A stretch of 20,994 nucleotides of DNA from Candidatus Thalassarchaeaceae archaeon (GTDB taxonomy: Archaea; Thermoplasmatota; Poseidoniia; Poseidoniales; Thalassarchaeaceae). The notes under the pieces are model-generated. The model had not been told where the DNA came from, searched no databases, and saw only the letters and a list, made by a program, of their open reading frames with translations. Of this stretch, positions 15,970 through 20,994 are shown one piece after another. Within the stretch, counting starts at the first letter, position 1. Each line of letters begins with the position of its first letter. The DNA is taken from positions 1-20,994 of the forward strand of contig JASLKH010000019.1 in NCBI GenBank assembly GCA_030747675.1, given 5' to 3'. The translations under genes and the position numbers were made by a program.

Positions 15970-17321
15970 ATATCACCTCCAACTTTGGTCTACAGATTGC
16001 CACTGTTGCAGCATCAGTTCTTCTTGCGGGGTGGTTAGGTTTCAGAATGGAGCGGCTCCTTGAAAAGGAACCTGGTACACGTGAAGATCTTGCGGCAAAG
16101 CGCTCATTTTGCTGGAACATGGTCGGACGTAGTCTGATGGATGCAAGTTATTTCATGCTAGGGTTTACCGTCTTCAGATTTCACGCAGAATATCTTGGAG
16201 CACCCGTATGGTTTACTCCACTGTATCTCGGAATTATTGTATTCACACAGGGAATCGGTTCATTGCTTTGGGGCGCTATTGCAGATCGATATGGAAGACG
16301 CAAACTTCTGTTGATTATTGGTTGTTCCCTGACATGTATTTTAATGGCTCCAATGCCATTTGTGGGTTTAATTCCATTCCTAATTCTCTCAATACTGCAA
16401 GTTCTATGTATTGGATCTACAAGAATACCTTTTGCTTTAGCAAGTGAGTGGATTCCAAAACATAGTGGTGAAGCGATTGGTTTGATGCATGCTACTGGTT
16501 GGATGCTTGCAGTGGGGCTGGGTGCTGTTGCAGGTGGTGTATACAGTGATCATGGTTTGATTCCAGTGGCTATTATTGCAATTTTATTCTATGCTACTGC
16601 TGTGATTTGTTTCTTGAAAATGACAGGGGATATTGTTGAACAAAAAAAGGTGTCAAGTCAATTGAAAGTCAAGAATATCTTTGCCTTCAATAGTCGCTGG
16701 CCAGTATTGATTATTGGAGTAATTCTCTTAATTTCAATACCAAGAGGCGCTATTGTACTTAACTCAATTAACTATATTGAAAAAATAGGATTTGATTTGG
16801 AATTCCTATTCATTCTGGAGGCTTGGGCACTTGCTCTAAATGTAATTTTATTCACATATGCAGGAGTTATTTGCGACAAATTCGGTTCGGAAAAAGTTCT
16901 CACTGCATCAGCTTTGATTTATTTTGTACTCTGGGCTCTTTTTGCAATTGGGATGCCCACATACATTTCTGTGGCAATATACCTGATTCCAGTAGTTGGC
17001 CTATTGTATACTTCAAGTGACACCATTTTAGCCCGACATACAACTATTGAAGAACGTAATCGAGGTATTGGGATGGCTGCAGCGGCTGTATTCATTGGAC
17101 AGAGTATTGGATCAGCAATAACATCAGGGATTATGGCTGTATTGGACAGCAGCCAGGGAGGGTTTTTTGGAATGATACCAGCAAATGCAGAAGAACAATA
17201 CTTGTGGTCATTTAGATTGTTTGTCCCAATACTAGCAATCGCTACAATTTGTGGCTGGAAGTTGACACAAATGATGGCCGCTGAAAGTGAAATCCAAGAC
17301 GCGATTATTGAAAGTGATTAG
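15966..17321 (+). CDS. Major facilitator superfamily transporter
   Basis: Motif A GAIADRYGRRK and second-half GVICDKFGSE; about 12 TM segments plus an apparent extra N-terminal hydrophobic helix; SD GAGGAGG. Confidence 0.88.
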   Translation: MNITSNFGLQIATVAASVLLAGWLGFRMERLLEKEPGTREDLAAKRSFCWNMVGRSLMDASYFMLGFTVFRFHAEYLGAPVWFTPLYLGIIVFTQGIGSLLWGAIADRYGRRKLLLIIGCSLTCILMAPMPFVGLIPFLILSILQVLCIGSTRIPFALASEWIPKHSGEAIGLMHATGWMLAVGLGAVAGGVYSDHGLIPVAIIAILFYATAVICFLKMTGDIVEQKKVSSQLKVKNIFAFNSRWPVLIIGVILLISIPRGAIVLNSINYIEKIGFDLEFLFILEAWALALNVILFTYAGVICDKFGSEKVLTASALIYFVLWALFAIGMPTYISVAIYLIPVVGLLYTSSDTILARHTTIEERNRGIGMAAAAVFIGQSIGSAITSGIMAVLDSSQGGFFGMIPANAEEQYLWSFRLFVPILAIATICGWKLTQMMAAESEIQDAIIESD

Positions 17322-18082
17322 ACTACCTCAATCACTCGAGAAAAACCAATTATGAACGAACGCCCACCAATTAATTCACTCCAATTACAAACTTCAAGCC
17401 GATATCCTCGGTTTTCATATGACAAAGTAACTTCTTCTTTATTCAATACTGAGAATGATTGGGGGGCAATATGCATCCCTAACCCACATGCTTTCTGAAC
17501 TGCTTCTTTTGCAACCCACGTTTTCGTTGTTTCTTGCATACCAATCTGCTCATCAATATCCCACAATTGGTCCAAATAATGGAATTCTTCACCACTCACC
17601 ATCATTGGAAGTAAATTTCTCGGACGAGGATAATCCAATGGCTCTGCATCAAGTCCAATCATGCACCCATCAACCGAAACTGCTGCAATTGCAACGCCAT
17701 TGGAATGACCCAGGGTAATTTCAGGTAATACAGGGCTGTGGACACCCCCGGCTCGAAGACGAGCGGTTTCATCACGCCACCCTAAAGTTGGCTTTCGATG
17801 TTGATCACGAATAATTTGTAAATCATATGGATCAAATCCGATGTCGCGTAGAAGTGTTGCTAATGCATAACGACCAGCAGCATGTTCCTCTACTCTTTTC
17901 GATACGACAAAAGTAGAGGCTTCAAAGGGATCAACTAAGGGGACTCTCGAAATATCGGATTTCGGACTATTGGGATGCACAGATCTTACCGGCATCCAAA
18001 CTGCAAATACTCGATCAGAACCACATACCTCTGGTAATGGTAAAGGGGATACGATACCTGCTGGAGACCACGGATTTGACAT
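17318..18082 (-). CDS. 4'-phosphopantetheinyl transferase (Sfp-type)
   Basis: AAGRYAL, RDQHRKP, ITLGHS, IGLDAE (metal-binding D-x-E) and WVAKEAVQKACGLG (WxxKEAxxKAxGxG). Lies 40 nt downstream of the PKS on the same strand. Confidence 0.9.
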   Translation of the reverse strand: MSNPWSPAGIVSPLPLPEVCGSDRVFAVWMPVRSVHPNSPKSDISRVPLVDPFEASTFVVSKRVEEHAAGRYALATLLRDIGFDPYDLQIIRDQHRKPTLGWRDETARLRAGGVHSPVLPEITLGHSNGVAIAAVSVDGCMIGLDAEPLDYPRPRNLLPMMVSGEEFHYLDQLWDIDEQIGMQETTKTWVAKEAVQKACGLGMHIAPQSFSVLNKEEVTLSYENRGYRLEVCNWSELIGGRSFIIGFSRVIEVV

Positions 18083-18122
18083 ATAAAAAACCAATTGGAA
18101 AAATGATTATTCAATTGAAAAA

Positions 18123-20994
18123 TTAACCCTTCCTCTGTAATTCGAATCTCAACTCTTCCGGCACTGGAGCCATTCCCTTCAATTTCAATCCTCTCAACAC
18201 CATTACTGGCTTTTGATTTCTATCGAAAATTGAGGCATCGTGAACTGTCACACCATCTTTCTCTGAACTTCTACGATAACTTCGAACGCGAAGATCATCG
18301 CGTGCCGCTGGATTTTTTAGAATCTCAACAGTTTCAATCCCCACTGGTAGACTGGAAATACCGTCGATTTCCATTGCCACTAAACCCGCATTTTGGAAAC
18401 AGGCCTCAACTAACATGGGTAAAGATTCAAGCAAAACGGTTCTTCCATCTTGGTCACTTGCAAAGAGTTTTTCATTAGGCAATTGACTTCTTAACAGCGC
18501 AATCCCATCAACACCAAAATCACCTCCATCCTTCACTCCCTTGATTAAGCCACCATGTACTTGGAATCGAGGGCCGTGGAAAAATCGATCATAAATGAAT
18601 CTTGATTGGAATGATGCCTTGCCCCTACTCGGGGGTGAATTCAGCGGTTGAACTGGGGGTCTTATTCCCCCTTCCTTCAACAATCGTACTATCCCTTGGT
18701 GATGGACTCTAGGGTTTCCAAATATCTCGCCTTTTGAATTCACTAAATCACTCTCAATGATACACTTTACCCTAATTTCTGCTTCATCTTGCTCAATGAA
18801 TTCAGCACGGATACGTAGTTTCATTTGATCTTTAATCAATTTAATCGGAAGGCCAAATTGGATTTCAGAAAAGCCCGATAGGGTACACATTGGATACAGT
18901 AAAAGAGCGTTTTCTGCAAACATTTCCATCGCCATAACGCCAGGGTGATAGGGTACCCCTTCAATTGAGTGATCAATTAAAAATGGGTAAACATCAATAT
19001 CAAGAGTACATTCTGTGACAATTTCCTCATAGGGTTCATGAGTTAATACACGATCAATGAAGGGGAAACGATCCGGATCTTCTAACATGGCTACTGTGTC
19101 TTCAGATAATTTTTGAGGCGGGTCACGTTTACTATCTTCGGAATCTAGCAATCCCAAAGCACCTGCTACTACTACTCGCCTTTTTCCACCAGAAAGAATC
19201 TCATCAACGAATATTTCTACACCTTTGTCCACTGGTATCATTTCGATTCCAGCTTGAGCGAAAATAGATTCAATTGAACCTTTAGTTGCCATTCCTACAT
19301 CCTTCCATCCAGACCATGCAATAGCTACGGCTCGCGGAGCATCTGAATGATGAGCAATCCGGCACATCTCTGCATCAAGAATATTATTTGCTGCAGCATA
19401 GTCAACTTGGCCACCATTTCCAAATCTACCTGCAACTGAAGTGAATGCGCAAAGTATGCGTAAATCATGGATACTGGAACCTAAACCATCAACCAAGGCT
19501 CGCCAACCATCGATTTTTACTGAAACCACATTAGAAAATGTCTCCCATGATTTATCTGCTACCAACTTTGAATCTTCCATGCCAGCTCCATGAATAATTC
19601 CAGTAATACCTCCATACTCATTATTCACAGCATTGAGTACTTTCTCCACTGATTTGGAATTAGTTACATCACATGCATCGTACAACGCATGATTTCCAGA
19701 AGAACGAATCGCCCGTAGTGTTTGATAAATCTCTAAACTACGCATTTGTTTATTCCATTCTGCTTCCCACTCAACCATCGTGACTTTTCCTAATTCGCTT
19801 GCAGCCATCATACTCTCGCGTAATGCTGTTTTCCTCGCCTTCAATTCATCCTCATCATCATAAATCCATTCTTCAATTGAACTATCAAGTCTTGTTCTTC
19901 CAAGGAGAATGAAAGTTGCCCCTGCATCAGGACTAGCTTGAGATACTCCGATTATACACTGCGCCGTTACACCACTACCTCCACCTGAAATAACCCATAC
20001 GTCATCATCCTTCAGAGGTTGACGAGCGTTTGCCAAGTTTTCTTCATACAATCTCATAGCCCAACGAGATCCATCGCGGGACAAACCAACTTCCAATGGA
20101 GATACGCGTCCAAATGCCTCCGCCCAAATTTGATGAGCTAATCCGGTAGGATCTGATAACATTTCAGGGTCAATGTCTACTGCTCTAAAACGCAAGTGGG
20201 GGTGTTCTTTCGCATATGACTTCACAATTCCATGGGAACCTGCCGCTAATGCATTGAACCTGTCACTAGCATTACCGTGCCGGCCATCCATTGCAGAAAC
20301 AGACATGATTGTACCATCGGAAATATTTGAGAAATGAGAATCTAGAGATTTTAGTAATCCAAATAAACCATGTGTAGATGATGCTAGGTGGGCTTCTTGA
20401 GTTTCACTTTCCCAACCCACGCCAGCAAGTCGTAAGGGGGCCAAATGTAACAATGCAGCCACTTCACCAACATTTGCAAGGTGTTGACTGACTTCAGAAA
20501 GTTGATTATGATTGTTGGGGTCAACTCGGATAATATCAACCGGACCATCTTTTTCAATTTTAATCTTAGAAACTATGCTAGGGTCGAGCATGATGCGGAC
20601 AGCGTCAATATCTGCGGCTTCTAAAATATGGCAAAGTGTGTCAGCTACTCCCCATGGGTCATCAGTAACTGCAATCACTTTGTTCTCGATATCCAAAGGT
20701 GTATGTGGTACAGCAGGGGACTCCTCAACTTCCACTTGCCATCTCCTTACACCTAAAGCAGAAGTATTGTTATGGGCTAATTTGTTATCTTCAGATACTG
20801 GCTCGAATTCACTATTTGGCTCTTTTTCTGAAACTTTAGAATCACCTTGACTGAGATAAGTAATCATGTGATTTAATGTCGGATGCTCTGACAACACAAA
20901 TGATTCATCCACAGGTAATCCGTAAAACTCTCGCAACTCAGCCATAATCTCTGCTTGCTTGACTGTGTCAATTCCCAACTCGCCCTCAAGGTCC
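18123..20994 (-). CDS. Type I iterative FAS/PKS megasynthase, PfaA/Pfa2/HglE-like; C-terminal ACP-KR-DH portion (5'-truncated at the window edge)
   Basis: The frame stays open to the edge (DLEGELGIDTVKQAEIMAELR... ACP). KR has ISGGGSGVT, HGAG, K, FTSVAGRFGNGGQVDYAAAN (Tyr 19398-19400). Double-hotdog DH has DHSIEGVPYHPG (His 18969-18971), FHGPRFQ and LVEACFQ. Confidence 0.9.
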   Translation of the reverse strand, partial: DLEGELGIDTVKQAEIMAELREFYGLPVDESFVLSEHPTLNHMITYLSQGDSKVSEKEPNSEFEPVSEDNKLAHNNTSALGVRRWQVEVEESPAVPHTPLDIENKVIAVTDDPWGVADTLCHILEAADIDAVRIMLDPSIVSKIKIEKDGPVDIIRVDPNNHNQLSEVSQHLANVGEVAALLHLAPLRLAGVGWESETQEAHLASSTHGLFGLLKSLDSHFSNISDGTIMSVSAMDGRHGNASDRFNALAAGSHGIVKSYAKEHPHLRFRAVDIDPEMLSDPTGLAHQIWAEAFGRVSPLEVGLSRDGSRWAMRLYEENLANARQPLKDDDVWVISGGGSGVTAQCIIGVSQASPDAGATFILLGRTRLDSSIEEWIYDDEDELKARKTALRESMMAASELGKVTMVEWEAEWNKQMRSLEIYQTLRAIRSSGNHALYDACDVTNSKSVEKVLNAVNNEYGGITGIIHGAGMEDSKLVADKSWETFSNVVSVKIDGWRALVDGLGSSIHDLRILCAFTSVAGRFGNGGQVDYAAANNILDAEMCRIAHHSDAPRAVAIAWSGWKDVGMATKGSIESIFAQAGIEMIPVDKGVEIFVDEILSGGKRRVVVAGALGLLDSEDSKRDPPQKLSEDTVAMLEDPDRFPFIDRVLTHEPYEEIVTECTLDIDVYPFLIDHSIEGVPYHPGVMAMEMFAENALLLYPMCTLSGFSEIQFGLPIKLIKDQMKLRIRAEFIEQDEAEIRVKCIIESDLVNSKGEIFGNPRVHHQGIVRLLKEGGIRPPVQPLNSPPSRGKASFQSRFIYDRFFHGPRFQVHGGLIKGVKDGGDFGVDGIALLRSQLPNEKLFASDQDGRTVLLESLPMLVEACFQNAGLVAMEIDGISSLPVGIETVEILKNPAARDDLRVRSYRRSSEKDGVTVHDASIFDRNQKPVMVLRGLKLKGMAPVPEELRFELQRKG

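Noticed and set aside
1-20994. CRISPR array, IS element or long tandem repeat
   Set aside because: No regularly spaced repeats, transposase motifs or terminal inverted repeats seen; intergenic gaps are all short.

Overview
Archaeal chromosomal window: PCNA, TFS, Nop5, fibrillarin, TATA boxes and GGAGGTGA-type Shine-Dalgarno sites are all archaeal-type. The gene mix suggests a marine Thermoplasmatota lineage such as Marine Group II/Poseidoniales, but that is inference. Left to right: 3' tail of a probable ABC-F ATPase, SMUG1-family uracil-DNA glycosylase, long-chain acyl-CoA ligase, fused isobutyryl-CoA mutase IcmF, an orphan membrane protein, an aquaporin-fold protein lacking both NPA motifs, a nop5-fibrillarin-mutM operon, divergent tfs and pcn, a GT2 glycosyltransferase, an FGE-fold membrane protein coupled to an ABC exporter, tRNA-Gly(UCC), a small membrane protein coupled to an MFS transporter, an Sfp-type PPTase, and the 3' part of a PfaA/HglE-like type I FAS/PKS (ACP-KR-DH) that runs off the right edge. 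The most striking signal is an ACP-dependent megasynthase with an adjacent PPTase in an archaeon; the visible ACP has Thr (GIDTVKQAE) where the phosphopantetheinylated Ser normally sits. No CRISPR array, integrase or transposase was seen. All homology calls come from motif recognition by eye, with no database search.
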